Positions 20,141 through 29,748 of a DNA stretch of 64,000 nucleotides are shown here, one piece after another. The DNA lies in the NCBI GenBank assembly GCA_902514945.1, contig CABXSO010000003.1, positions 6,439 to 70,438 of the forward strand, read 5' to 3'. The translations under genes were made by a program, and so were the position numbers. Source of the stretch: an uncultured Pelagibacteraceae bacterium. Lineage in GTDB: Bacteria > Pseudomonadota > Alphaproteobacteria > Pelagibacterales > Pelagibacteraceae. Under the pieces are notes generated by a model, which ran no database searches, was not told the DNA's origin, and was given only the letters and a program-made list of their open reading frames with translations. Each line of letters begins with the position of its first letter. Position 1 is the stretch's first letter.

Positions 20141-20777
20141 TTAAATCTCTATAAAGCCTTTTTTGAGCCTCTATTTTAATTTCTTCGTTGACATCTTTTA
20201 AATTAATAATTTGGTTAAAGAATTCTTTTGATTTTTGCATTTCATTCTTTGAATAAAAATACTCTGCCATTAAGTATAATGCGTGAGATTTCCAAACACT
20301 CTCTGATTTAATTATAGGATTAAGAATTTTTAAAAGATCGTTTTCATTACTATTGTCTGCATTATAAAGAGCTTTTTTATAAATATTTAAATTTTTAATT
20401 TCTTCATCAAGAGATATTTCCTCAATTACAACATTAAATAAATTGTTTATTTTTTCTTTTTCATTAATCAATTTATTATCTATTATAAAATAAAGGGATA
20501 ATGGTGAATAAGTAGGATCTTTTTTGTTAATCAATTCAATTAAGTTCTGAGCTGTTTTTTCTTTATTATTTTTTGAATAACCAATAATGATTGAATTATA
20601 AGTATCCGATATTTCTATCTTTTGTTTTTTTTTATATTCACCCAGTACAAAATAACTAATTAACAATAAAAGGATAGCAGTTATTCCTAAAATTAATTTT
20701 TTTTTATTTTGTATAAAAAAATTTTTAATTTTTTCATTTCTGGTATTGGTATTTATTATTGATATATCCTCATCCAT
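20133..20777 (-). CDS. YfgM-like membrane-anchored TPR protein
   Basis: N-terminal TM followed by helical repeats; position upstream of bamB-like gene. Confidence 0.75.
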   Translation of the reverse strand: MDEDISIINTNTRNEKIKNFFIQNKKKLILGITAILLLLISYFVLGEYKKKQKIEISDTYNSIIIGYSKNNKEKTAQNLIELINKKDPTYSPLSLYFIIDNKLINEKEKINNLFNVVIEEISLDEEIKNLNIYKKALYNADNSNENDLLKILNPIIKSESVWKSHALYLMAEYFYSKNEMQKSKEFFNQIINLKDVNEEIKIEAQKRLYRDLSE

Positions 20778-20779
20778 AC

Positions 20780-23449
20780 TTAGATCATGTTTCTTAAAAC
20801 GTACTGAAGTATTCCACCATTTTTATAGTATTCCAATTCATTTTTTGTATCAATTCTGCATAGTGTTTCTATTATTTTTACTTCACCTGACAAATATTTA
20901 ATCTCAACTTTTACTTTATCAGATGGATTAATACCTTTTTCAATATCTACTATACTTATTAACTCTGACCCTACTAGATTTAAATTTTGTCTGTTCATAT
21001 TGTAAATAAACTGTAGTGGTAATACTCCCATGCCAATCAAATTAGACCTATGTATTCTCTCAAAGCTTTCTGCAATTACTACTTTCACTCCTAATAATTT
21101 GGTTCCTTTTGCAGCCCAATCACGAGACGAACCTGTTCCATATTCTTTTCCACCAATCACAACCAAATCTGTTCCTCTTTTTTTATACTCTACGACTGCA
21201 TCATAAACTGTCATTACTTTTTCTTCAGGGTACAATTTTGTAAATCCACCTTCGGTACCAGGTGCCATCTCATTTTTAATTCTTATATTTGCAAATGTGC
21301 CTCTCATCATAACTTCATGATTTCCACGCCTTGAACCATAAGAATTATAATCTTTAGGCAGAATTTGATAATTCATAAAATATTCACCTGTTGGACTATT
21401 CTTTTGAATGTTTCCAGCTGGAGAGATATGATCTGTTGTAACCATATCACCCAAAATTAATAATGGTCGTGCATCTTTAATTTCTTTAAAGCCCTCAGGC
21501 TCATCAGTAAGGTTATCAAAAAATGGAGGTTTTTTTACATAGGTAGAGTTTTCATCCCAACTATAAATGCTACTTTCTTCTGTTTTTATCTCCTGCCATT
21601 GTTTTGGTCCCTCAGAAACGTTAGAATATCTTTTAACAAACATATTTGCATTTAGTGACTTTTTTAAAGTCTCCTCTATTTCTTTATTTGAAGGCCAAAT
21701 ATCTTTTAAAAATACGTCCTTGCCATTTTTATTTTTTCCAAATGAATCTTTAAATAAATCAAATTCCATATGACCTGCAAGTGCATAAGCAACAACCAAT
21801 GGAGGGGATGCCAAATAGTTAGCTTTTATATGAGGTGAGATTCTTCCTTCAAAGTTTCTATTGCCAGACAAAACTGAGACCGCGTACAAATTTTCTTTTT
21901 GAATACCTTCAACAATATTTTCTGCTAATGGACCAGAATTACCAATGCAAGTTGTGCAGCCATAACCTACTAAGTTAAATCCTAGCTGATCTAAATATGT
22001 ATTTAAACCTGCTTTTTCTAGATAATCTGTAACAACTTTAGATCCAGGAGCCAAGGATGTTTTAACCCAGGGTTTAACGTTTAATCCTAACTCAACTGCT
22101 TTTTTTGCTAGCAATCCAGCTCCAATTAAAACATTTGGATTTGATGTGTTAGTGCATGATGTGATTGCTGCTATTAATATTGAACCATCTTTTATTTCAT
22201 AATCTGTGTCCTTTACCTTAAATATTTTATAATCTTCTCTATTTGTAGCTTTCTTAAATACTTCTTTAAAATTTTGGGATGCATCTGATAAAAGAACTTT
22301 ATCTTGTGGTCTTTTAGGTCCTGAAATAGTAGGAACAACCGTAGACATATCTAGAGAAATTTTATTAGTAAATTCTATTTCATTTGTTGCCCAAAGACCT
22401 TGCTCTTTTGCGTATTTTTCAACAATTTCTACAGTCTCTTTGTCTCTTCCAGAAAATTCTAAGTACTTTAAAGTCTCTTCATCTATTGGAAAAAATCCAC
22501 AAGTAGCTCCATACTCGGGAGCCATGTTAGCAATTGTTGCTCTATCTGCTAATGTGAGATTTTTCAACCCTTCACCATAGAATTCTACAAACTTTCCTAC
22601 AACACCTTTGTCTCTTAACATTTTAACAACAGTAAGGACTAAATCTGTAGCCGTCGTGCCCTCTGGCATTTTTTTTGTAAATTCAAATCCTATAACCTCA
22701 GGAATTAACATTGAAATTGGTTGGCCTAACATACCAGCTTCAGCTTCAATTCCACCAACGCCCCAACCTAGAACTGATAAACCATTTACCATTGTTGTGT
22801 GACTATCGGTTCCAACAAGTGTGTCAGGAAATAAATATTCTTCTTCATTATATTTTTCTGACCAAACTACTTTCGATAAATATTCTAAATTTACTTGATG
22901 ACAAATACCAGTTCCTGGAGGAACAATCCTAAAATTATTAAATGCACTTTGGCCCCATTTTAGAAAAGAATATCTTTCACCATTTCTCTTAAATTCAATA
23001 TCTACATTTTTTTCAAAGGAATCCTTTTTAGCTGATTGATCAACTTGAACCGAATGATCAATGACTAGGTCGACAGCAGAAAGGGGATTTATTGTGTTTG
23101 GATCTTTATTTTTTTCTTTCACAGCTTCTCTCATTGCAGCCAAATCAGCTACAGCTGGTATTCCTGTATAGTCTTGAAGTAAAACTCTTGCTGGTCTGTA
23201 AGCTATTTCAGTTTGAGATTTTTTTGTATTAAGCCATGATTTGATTGCCTCGATTTGACTCTTATTTACTGATAAATCGTCTTCATATCTTAAGAGGTTT
23301 TCTAATAAAACTTTAAGTGATTTTGGTAATTTTGATATACCATCTAGTCCATTCGCCTCTGCTTTTGATAATGAGTAAATTTTAAAATTTTTTCCATTTA
23401 TCTTTATATCTGATAATGATTTATAAGAGTTTTTGTTTCCTGGTTTCAT
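20780..23449 (-). CDS. acnA: Aconitate hydratase A
   Basis: QDYTG, DHSVQVD, GTDSHT, AITSCTNTSNP, GCTTCIGNSG, GSSRDWAAKG. Confidence 0.98.
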   Translation of the reverse strand: MKPGNKNSYKSLSDIKINGKNFKIYSLSKAEANGLDGISKLPKSLKVLLENLLRYEDDLSVNKSQIEAIKSWLNTKKSQTEIAYRPARVLLQDYTGIPAVADLAAMREAVKEKNKDPNTINPLSAVDLVIDHSVQVDQSAKKDSFEKNVDIEFKRNGERYSFLKWGQSAFNNFRIVPPGTGICHQVNLEYLSKVVWSEKYNEEEYLFPDTLVGTDSHTTMVNGLSVLGWGVGGIEAEAGMLGQPISMLIPEVIGFEFTKKMPEGTTATDLVLTVVKMLRDKGVVGKFVEFYGEGLKNLTLADRATIANMAPEYGATCGFFPIDEETLKYLEFSGRDKETVEIVEKYAKEQGLWATNEIEFTNKISLDMSTVVPTISGPKRPQDKVLLSDASQNFKEVFKKATNREDYKIFKVKDTDYEIKDGSILIAAITSCTNTSNPNVLIGAGLLAKKAVELGLNVKPWVKTSLAPGSKVVTDYLEKAGLNTYLDQLGFNLVGYGCTTCIGNSGPLAENIVEGIQKENLYAVSVLSGNRNFEGRISPHIKANYLASPPLVVAYALAGHMEFDLFKDSFGKNKNGKDVFLKDIWPSNKEIEETLKKSLNANMFVKRYSNVSEGPKQWQEIKTEESSIYSWDENSTYVKKPPFFDNLTDEPEGFKEIKDARPLLILGDMVTTDHISPAGNIQKNSPTGEYFMNYQILPKDYNSYGSRRGNHEVMMRGTFANIRIKNEMAPGTEGGFTKLYPEEKVMTVYDAVVEYKKRGTDLVVIGGKEYGTGSSRDWAAKGTKLLGVKVVIAESFERIHRSNLIGMGVLPLQFIYNMNRQNLNLVGSELISIVDIEKGINPSDKVKVEIKYLSGEVKIIETLCRIDTKNELEYYKNGGILQYVLRNMI

Positions 23450-23452
23450 ACT

Positions 23453-24043
23453 TTATATATAAAATGTAATTATGCTCAAAAGAAGAAGCCCTGACATAAC
23501 ATAATTAAAATATTTAATAAATTTCTCATTTGTCGCAAATTTCCTAAGGTATTTACCAACGAAAGTCCAGAAAGTAATACTGGATAACGAAACTACAAAA
23601 GCAAATAAAACAACTTGAGTCGCATAATTTAAATAATTTTCTCCGTACTCAACATAAGTAGATACTATGATAATTCCTATCAAAACACCTTTTGGATTTA
23701 AAAATTGAAAAATGAAAGTATCAAAAAAAGAGATTGGATTTATATCTTTTTTTTCAGTTGAGGATTTTGAAAAACTAATCTTGTAAGCTAAATAGACCAA
23801 AAATAAACTTCCCAGATATTTTAATACAGTTTGGATAATTGGAAATAATTTAAAAATATTAACTAAACCAATGGTTAGAGCAAATACTACTGAAGTAAAT
23901 CCAAGTGTGACACCAAAAATATGTGGTATTGTTTTTTTAATTCCAAAATTAAAACCCGAATATGATGCAACTACATTGTTTGGACCAGGTGTATAAGCAG
24001 CAACTATCCAAAATAGTGCCATAGATAAAAATTCTGGATGCAT
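23453..24043 (-). CDS. LysE family translocator
   Basis: TPGPNN, FQFLNPKG, about 6 TM segments. Confidence 0.9.
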   Translation of the reverse strand: MHPEFLSMALFWIVAAYTPGPNNVVASYSGFNFGIKKTIPHIFGVTLGFTSVVFALTIGLVNIFKLFPIIQTVLKYLGSLFLVYLAYKISFSKSSTEKKDINPISFFDTFIFQFLNPKGVLIGIIIVSTYVEYGENYLNYATQVVLFAFVVSLSSITFWTFVGKYLRKFATNEKFIKYFNYVMSGLLLLSIITFYI

Positions 24044-24045
24044 AG

Positions 24046-24387
24046 TTAAGCTATAGGCAAACCATTTTCTGCTTTTTGAGATGGATGGACTAATGTAACT
24101 TTACCCTCAGTGTCTATAGAACCTAAGAGTAAAAACTGTGATTTAACACCAGCTATATTTTTCTCAGGAAAATTACAAATGCCGACAACTTGTCTGCCGA
24201 CTAAATTTTCCTCATTATAAAAATGTGTAATTTGAGCTGAAGAAGTCTTAACACCAATTTCTTTGCCAAAGTCTACCTCTATTACTAGAGATGGTTTTCT
24301 AGCTTTTTCATTTTTTTTTACAGTTAATACTGTTCCAAGTCTAATATCTATTTTTTCGAACTGATCGTAGGTTATTTGTGGTTTCAT
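24046..24387 (-). CDS. csaA: tRNA-binding / secretion chaperone CsaA
   Basis: DIRLGT, DFGKEIGVKTSSAQIT, NFP.K.IAG..S. Confidence 0.9.
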   Translation of the reverse strand: MKPQITYDQFEKIDIRLGTVLTVKKNEKARKPSLVIEVDFGKEIGVKTSSAQITHFYNEENLVGRQVVGICNFPEKNIAGVKSQFLLLGSIDTEGKVTLVHPSQKAENGLPIA

Positions 24388-24413
24388 AATAATAATGTAT
24401 AATTAATTTAATT

Positions 24414-25592
24414 ATGGGTATTGATAACAATTTATACGAAAAATCAATAAAGATATTGACTGATCTAATATCTTTTCAAACTATTTCTGGAAGTGATAAT
24501 ACCGAATTAATAAGTTATTGTGAAAAAATCCTAAATAATCTTGGTATAGAAACATTTAAAGTTTTTGATGATGAAAAAAAACGAGTAAATTTATTTGGAA
24601 CTTTAAAAGCAAAAAAAGCAAATAGGAAAAAACCAATTATATTTTCTGGTCATACTGATGTAGTTCCAATTTCAAAAGGGTGGTCAACCGATCCTTTTAA
24701 AGCAACAATAATAAATAAAAAATTATATGGTCGAGGATCTTGTGATATGAAAGGATTTATTGCATGTACTCTTGCTTATGCTCCAATTCTTACTCAAAAT
24801 AATTTAGATCGTGATTTTCATTTTTGCTACACTTTTGATGAAGAAACCGCATGTATAGGTGCACCGCTATTAATTAAAGAGATGAAAAAAAGAAATATTA
24901 AAAATGGAATATGTATAGTTGGTGAACCAACCAAAATGAAAATTATTGATGGTCATAAAGGTATGAATGAGTATACTACGTATTTTGGAGGGCTTGCAGG
25001 ACATAGTTCAAAACCACATGAAGGTGTTAATGCAATCGAATATGCTTCAAGATATATAATTAAACTATTAGAGATTAGAAAAGAATTAATTAAACGAGCA
25101 CCAAAAGATTGTATATTTGATCCTCCACATTCCACACTTTCTGTAGGAGGTATATCAGGTGGTATTGCACACAACGTAATTGCCGACAAGTGTCAAGTTG
25201 AATGGGAAACTAGACCAGTTAATAAGTCAGATGGTGATTTTGTAACTCAAGAAATTGAAAAATTTACAAATAACGAACTTTTAAGTGATATGAAAAAAGT
25301 TTTCCCAAAATCCTACATTAAGAAAGAGATTATTGGAGAAGTTATTGGCTTTGAAAAAATAGAGGCATCTGAAGCATGTGAATTTGTTGCCTCGGTTACA
25401 GGTGATAATTCAAGACAAGTTGTATCTTTTGGAACTGAAGCTGGATTATTTCAAGAGGTGGGTATAAGCACGGTCGTATGCGGACCTGGCTCTATAGAAC
25501 AAGCACATAAAATTGATGAGTTTATTGAACTTGATGAACTAAAAAAATGTTTAAATTTTCTAGAAGGTATTAAGAACAGATCAATAAATTAA
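24414..25592 (+). CDS. argE: Acetylornithine deacetylase (M20)
   Basis: SGHTDVVP, GRGSCDMKGF, DEE, GEPT, GHSS, FGTEAG, GPGSIEQAH. Confidence 0.9.
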   Translation: MGIDNNLYEKSIKILTDLISFQTISGSDNTELISYCEKILNNLGIETFKVFDDEKKRVNLFGTLKAKKANRKKPIIFSGHTDVVPISKGWSTDPFKATIINKKLYGRGSCDMKGFIACTLAYAPILTQNNLDRDFHFCYTFDEETACIGAPLLIKEMKKRNIKNGICIVGEPTKMKIIDGHKGMNEYTTYFGGLAGHSSKPHEGVNAIEYASRYIIKLLEIRKELIKRAPKDCIFDPPHSTLSVGGISGGIAHNVIADKCQVEWETRPVNKSDGDFVTQEIEKFTNNELLSDMKKVFPKSYIKKEIIGEVIGFEKIEASEACEFVASVTGDNSRQVVSFGTEAGLFQEVGISTVVCGPGSIEQAHKIDEFIELDELKKCLNFLEGIKNRSIN

Positions 25593-26324
25593 TTACTCAA
25601 GTGTAAGAACTACATCGGGTCGGTTTGCATAAAAACCTTGATCGTCAGCAGCGGTTCCAGTACAATCAGTTGCTAATCCAGCTTTTTCTAAATATCCCAA
25701 TGCTGTTGATGTTCCAAAAGCAACTTTAACTGTTGGAATTTTTCCAGCCTCCATAGTAAATGGTGCCGCAAGTGCTTCTCTATACTCAAAAAAAGCATCA
25801 CCGGCATCAACTGTTCCTGTTGCTGAGTCTGTTCCTGTTCCGTCACCAGCTGTAGTGCTGTTCATTACATCTCCATGACTTGTACCAGCTGGAATACCTG
25901 CATAATAAGTTCCAGCAACTGCAGCTCCTGAAGTTTTGCTTCCTATTCCGTTCACGCTGGCGGTTCCAGTTGAACTTGCAATAGTATAGCAAGTTGTTGC
26001 TCCACTTGTAACACTACCAGCAACTGTAAAAGCTCTATTCATAGTAATCTGGAAATAAGTATAAGTTTTTCCAAATTCAACTTTTGATAAATCTCCTAAA
26101 CTTGCTGCTGCTGCTCCAGCCGAAGTAGATGCAATATCAATAGACCCAGAATTACCAGAATATAAAACTATAGGATTATTACATGAGGCATCAGTACTGG
26201 TGCTGTCACAAATTTCAATTCTTGTTATTGTAATTTTATAAGTTGTTGCCTCAGCTTCAATTGCAAAAGAATTTGTGTTAAAAAAAGTTAAGATAAATAA
26301 AATTATAAAAAAAATATTTCTCAT
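25593..26324 (-). CDS. Secreted Thr/Ala/Gly/Ser-rich beta-rich hypothetical protein
   Basis: Signal peptide ending SFA; 4 Cys; alternating beta-strand patterns; starts 1 nt after the barrel gene stop. Confidence 0.8.
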   Translation of the reverse strand: MRNIFFIILFILTFFNTNSFAIEAEATTYKITITRIEICDSTSTDASCNNPIVLYSGNSGSIDIASTSAGAAAASLGDLSKVEFGKTYTYFQITMNRAFTVAGSVTSGATTCYTIASSTGTASVNGIGSKTSGAAVAGTYYAGIPAGTSHGDVMNSTTAGDGTGTDSATGTVDAGDAFFEYREALAAPFTMEAGKIPTVKVAFGTSTALGYLEKAGLATDCTGTAADDQGFYANRPDVVLTLE

Positions 26325-26325
26325 A

Positions 26326-27195
26326 TTATTGACTTGTAATAATTACTGAACCTTGAATTTCTATAGTTAAATCGTTATTTCTTCGAACTTTTTCATTTAA
26401 TTTTGCTTGCATGTCCTCTTTTTCAAAAGCTACATCAGATAATCCCTCATCCATCGTTCTTATATTTTCTCTAGGCGGATAAACAAATAATAGTTCAGCT
26501 TCCAAAACATCATCTACACCAGTAAGAGAAGAGTCGTCGATTGATAAGTTCAATTGTAATGAAGGGTTTATATTTAATTCTGAAATATATTTATTTCCTT
26601 TTGAGTCTTTTGAGGTTTTTTCACCCTCCCATTTATAACCTTTGAAACTAAATTTTGCCCAAGGTGCATAAGGAACTTGGGTGGTTAAGTTGTAATCCCA
26701 GCCACTAAGTATTTGTTCAGCTGTTCCATCAATAGTTTTCATATTTGTTATCTTTTGGTATCGATTTAAAGATAGATCTAATAGCGATGCTTTTGCTTCA
26801 AGTCCATATCCCAATCTCCTGTGCCCCTCGAACATGTCTGCATCAATAAAAGTATTTGCGCCATAAATCATTGAATTATCATTACTTAATTTTCTATAAC
26901 CAATACCTAAATTACCATGAATTCTTCCATCACTATTTACCTCTTTAGTTCTCAAGCTAAATTGCGTGAATAAGTTTGAATTATCCTCCTCGAGGATATT
27001 TCTAAGGCCTAAAATTGAAAATTTTATCTGATCTTCATCCTTATCATTTAATTTAATAGATGTTTCAGTTAATCCCTCGCCAGGAATAAGATTTGAAATG
27101 TACTCACTTATTTTGGTATCTAAACTCTCTGCATTAGAGTTTGAGACTAAACCTAAGCTGAAAATAAAAAATATAGCTATTATCTTTTTTAACAT
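26326..27195 (-). CDS. Inverse autotransporter (intimin/invasin-type) beta-barrel protein without passenger
   Basis: Signal peptide; NLGIGYR, YGANTFID, HRRLGYGLE, GWD, PYAPW and KVRRNNDLTIE match the intimin/invasin barrel plus linker. Confidence 0.85.
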   Translation of the reverse strand: MLKKIIAIFFIFSLGLVSNSNAESLDTKISEYISNLIPGEGLTETSIKLNDKDEDQIKFSILGLRNILEEDNSNLFTQFSLRTKEVNSDGRIHGNLGIGYRKLSNDNSMIYGANTFIDADMFEGHRRLGYGLEAKASLLDLSLNRYQKITNMKTIDGTAEQILSGWDYNLTTQVPYAPWAKFSFKGYKWEGEKTSKDSKGNKYISELNINPSLQLNLSIDDSSLTGVDDVLEAELLFVYPPRENIRTMDEGLSDVAFEKEDMQAKLNEKVRRNNDLTIEIQGSVIITSQ

Positions 27196-27248
27196 TTTTT
27201 TTTGTAATTATAAGTATATATATATAATTATTACTATTTTTAAAATAA

Positions 27249-27815
27249 CTAATCTTTTACAAAAACAACTGTTAATTCGGCGACTTTTATTCCAAATTTA
27301 GTCATTGTTGCACGGTTAATTGCAATTCGATCATCTTGTTTAAAAATCCAATCATCAAAAGTAATTTTCATTTCTTTTCCTTTCACTGGAACTAACAAGA
27401 CATATTCAAACTTAAAAGCTGGACCATATGAATATCCTTTCGCTTTTCCTACAACGTCACCCGCTGTTCCTTCATAATTATTGTCATCATTTTTTGTGAT
27501 TTGCCATTGTCGTGTTTGAATTTCTCCATCATCCCAATTGAATTTTTCATCAAGTATTAATTTTTTTCCATCCCATTTACCATTTAGATCAGCTGAAAAC
27601 TGTCTAGTTACTTTTCCAGATCTATTTTGAAGTACCCCCCAAGCTTTAACATTACCTGACAAATAGTTCTCAATTATAAGTCTTGGTTCTTTATTTTTAA
27701 AATCTTCCGGTTTCATAGCACTATTTTTTGAACAGTTTGTAGTTAAGAATAGTAAAATTATCAATATAATTGATTTGATATTTTTAGTTTTAATCATTTG
27801 TCTTTTTAATATCAC
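27249..27815 (-). CDS. DUF3833 family lipoprotein
   Basis: Lipobox-like TTNC; G..KAWG, FDDW, KFGIKVAE. Confidence 0.85.
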   Translation of the reverse strand: MILKRQMIKTKNIKSIILIILLFLTTNCSKNSAMKPEDFKNKEPRLIIENYLSGNVKAWGVLQNRSGKVTRQFSADLNGKWDGKKLILDEKFNWDDGEIQTRQWQITKNDDNNYEGTAGDVVGKAKGYSYGPAFKFEYVLLVPVKGKEMKITFDDWIFKQDDRIAINRATMTKFGIKVAELTVVFVKD

Positions 27816-28990
27816 TTATTTTGAAGTGAAAATTGAATCAAATCTATGTTTTTTGATTTAAATCCTGCCTCGCAATAAGAAAGATAAAATTCCCACATTC
27901 TCTTAAAAGTTAAATCGAAACCCTGTTTTTTTATTAAATCCCATTTTTGATTAAATTCATTTCGCCATATAGCAAGCGTATCAGAGTAATGATCTGCATA
28001 TGAGTCGTATGACTTAATTGTAAGACCATTTTCTGAAACATATTTATTGATGATACCTTTGCTTGGTAAAAAACCTCCTGGAAAAATATATTTTTGAATA
28101 AAATCTTTTTTAGTTTTGTATCTATCAAACATATTATCGTCGATTGTTATAGCTTGAATGGCTGCTTTTCCATTATCTGATAAATTATTTTTAATTGTTT
28201 TGAAATAACTTTCTAAATAATTTTGACCTACAGCCTCAATCATTTCAATTGAAGCTATTGAATTATATCTATCTTTTAAATCTCTATAATCTTTTATTTC
28301 GATATTCACTTTTTCATTCAAGCCACATTCGTGAATTCTTTTTTTGGCATACTCAAATTGTTTTTTTGAAATTGTAATACAGTCTAATTTTACATCATAT
28401 TTTTTACCTAGATATTCAGCAAAACCACCCCAACCACATCCAATTTCTAAAATCTTATCTCCATTATTTGGCCTTATTAAATCAATTAATTTTTGATATT
28501 TATTATTTTGAGCATTAGAAAGATCTTTATTTCTTTCATCAAATATTGCACTAGAATAAGTTAAAGTTTTATCGAGCCAAAGAGCAAAGAACTCATTTCC
28601 TAAATCATAATGTTTTGAAATATTTTCTTTGCTTCTTTCTTTAGTATTCTTTATGAAAATATTTTTAAAATAATTTACTAATGGAAAATCTAGTATACCT
28701 GAAAATTTATAGATTACCTTAATGTTTCTCGCAGTAATCTCAATTAAATTTGATAGATTATTAGTTTTAAATTCATGTCTCATATAAGACTCAGCCAAAC
28801 CAATACTTCCTCCTTTTATTAAGTTAAAAGTAAAATTTGGTTTTATTATTTTTAGATTAGCTTTTAAAGAACTGTTTGGGTTTCCAAATTCTAAAATTTC
28901 ACCAGAATATTTAGTTATTTCTAAGTAACCATATTCAATATCTTTCAATATGTTAAAAACTATTTTGTCTGAAAAGTTATATAGGCCCAT
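27812..28990 (-). CDS. cfa: Cfa-family SAM-dependent fatty acid methyltransferase/cyclopropane synthase (UfaM-like)
   Basis: HYDLGNEFF, YSSA, LEIGCGWGG, SIEMIEAVG, YIFPGG, WEFYLSYCEAGF. Confidence 0.92.
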   Translation of the reverse strand: MGLYNFSDKIVFNILKDIEYGYLEITKYSGEILEFGNPNSSLKANLKIIKPNFTFNLIKGGSIGLAESYMRHEFKTNNLSNLIEITARNIKVIYKFSGILDFPLVNYFKNIFIKNTKERSKENISKHYDLGNEFFALWLDKTLTYSSAIFDERNKDLSNAQNNKYQKLIDLIRPNNGDKILEIGCGWGGFAEYLGKKYDVKLDCITISKKQFEYAKKRIHECGLNEKVNIEIKDYRDLKDRYNSIASIEMIEAVGQNYLESYFKTIKNNLSDNGKAAIQAITIDDNMFDRYKTKKDFIQKYIFPGGFLPSKGIINKYVSENGLTIKSYDSYADHYSDTLAIWRNEFNQKWDLIKKQGFDLTFKRMWEFYLSYCEAGFKSKNIDLIQFSLQNK

Positions 28991-29748
28991 TAATTTTCAA
29001 AAGTTATATTATTTTTAATTTTGAATCTTTTTTTAATAAATCTTATTCCTTTAGCCCATAATTTGAACGCTTCAAAATGTATCGCTGATATAATTTTAAA
29101 GGTCATTAAAGGGTGTTTTATATATGATTTTAATAACTCCTTGGTGTTAAAATCAACTCTTCTACCATCCTGAGATGCAAATAAAATTTTCTCGTCTAAT
29201 TGATATTGATCAATTATAACTGATATTTTTTCTGCAGGCTTTAGAATTCTAAAAAAGTAATTACATTCCATCTCAATAAATGGTGATACATGAAATTTTT
29301 TAGAACAGTTGTGTTGTAAAAGATTATTATTATCTACTTTAAAAATATAAGTATGTTGTTCCCCAAAAGTATTTTTTACTTCATAAAGAATTGAGATTAA
29401 ATTTTCTTGATGGTCGTAAACAAAAAAAACACTTAAAGGATTAAACACATATCCAAAAATTCTTGGATAACATAACAATTTTATTTTAATATTATTTGAG
29501 TTTATATTGTTTTCAACCAAGTTTTTTTTTACCCATTCAAATAATGATGAACCGTCTCTTTCACCATGATCTTTATCAAAAAAACTTATTAAATTAAAAC
29601 TGTTATAAGAAAAAAAATTAATATTTTTATCTAAATGATTTAGCTCAGACAAATCTAATAACAGTGAAAATACTCTATATTTAAAAAAATGTTTTTTTGG
29701 TTTAAATCTTTTATGAATTACTGTCCCATTATAGAGTGAACTAGTCAT
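28990..29748 (-). CDS. DUF1365 family protein (UfaO-like)
   Basis: H.R..P..H.F.Y, PRIFGYVFNPLS, EVKNTFGEQH, K.FHVSPF, IHFEA.KLW.KG. Confidence 0.9.
   Translation of the reverse strand: MTSSLYNGTVIHKRFKPKKHFFKYRVFSLLLDLSELNHLDKNINFFSYNSFNLISFFDKDHGERDGSSLFEWVKKNLVENNINSNNIKIKLLCYPRIFGYVFNPLSVFFVYDHQENLISILYEVKNTFGEQHTYIFKVDNNNLLQHNCSKKFHVSPFIEMECNYFFRILKPAEKISVIIDQYQLDEKILFASQDGRRVDFNTKELLKSYIKHPLMTFKIISAIHFEAFKLWAKGIRFIKKRFKIKNNITFEN

Noticed and set aside
26320-26330. Possibility that barrel and partner are one frameshifted autotransporter
   Set aside because: The downstream ORF has its own ATG and complete signal peptide, and there is no slippery tract at the junction
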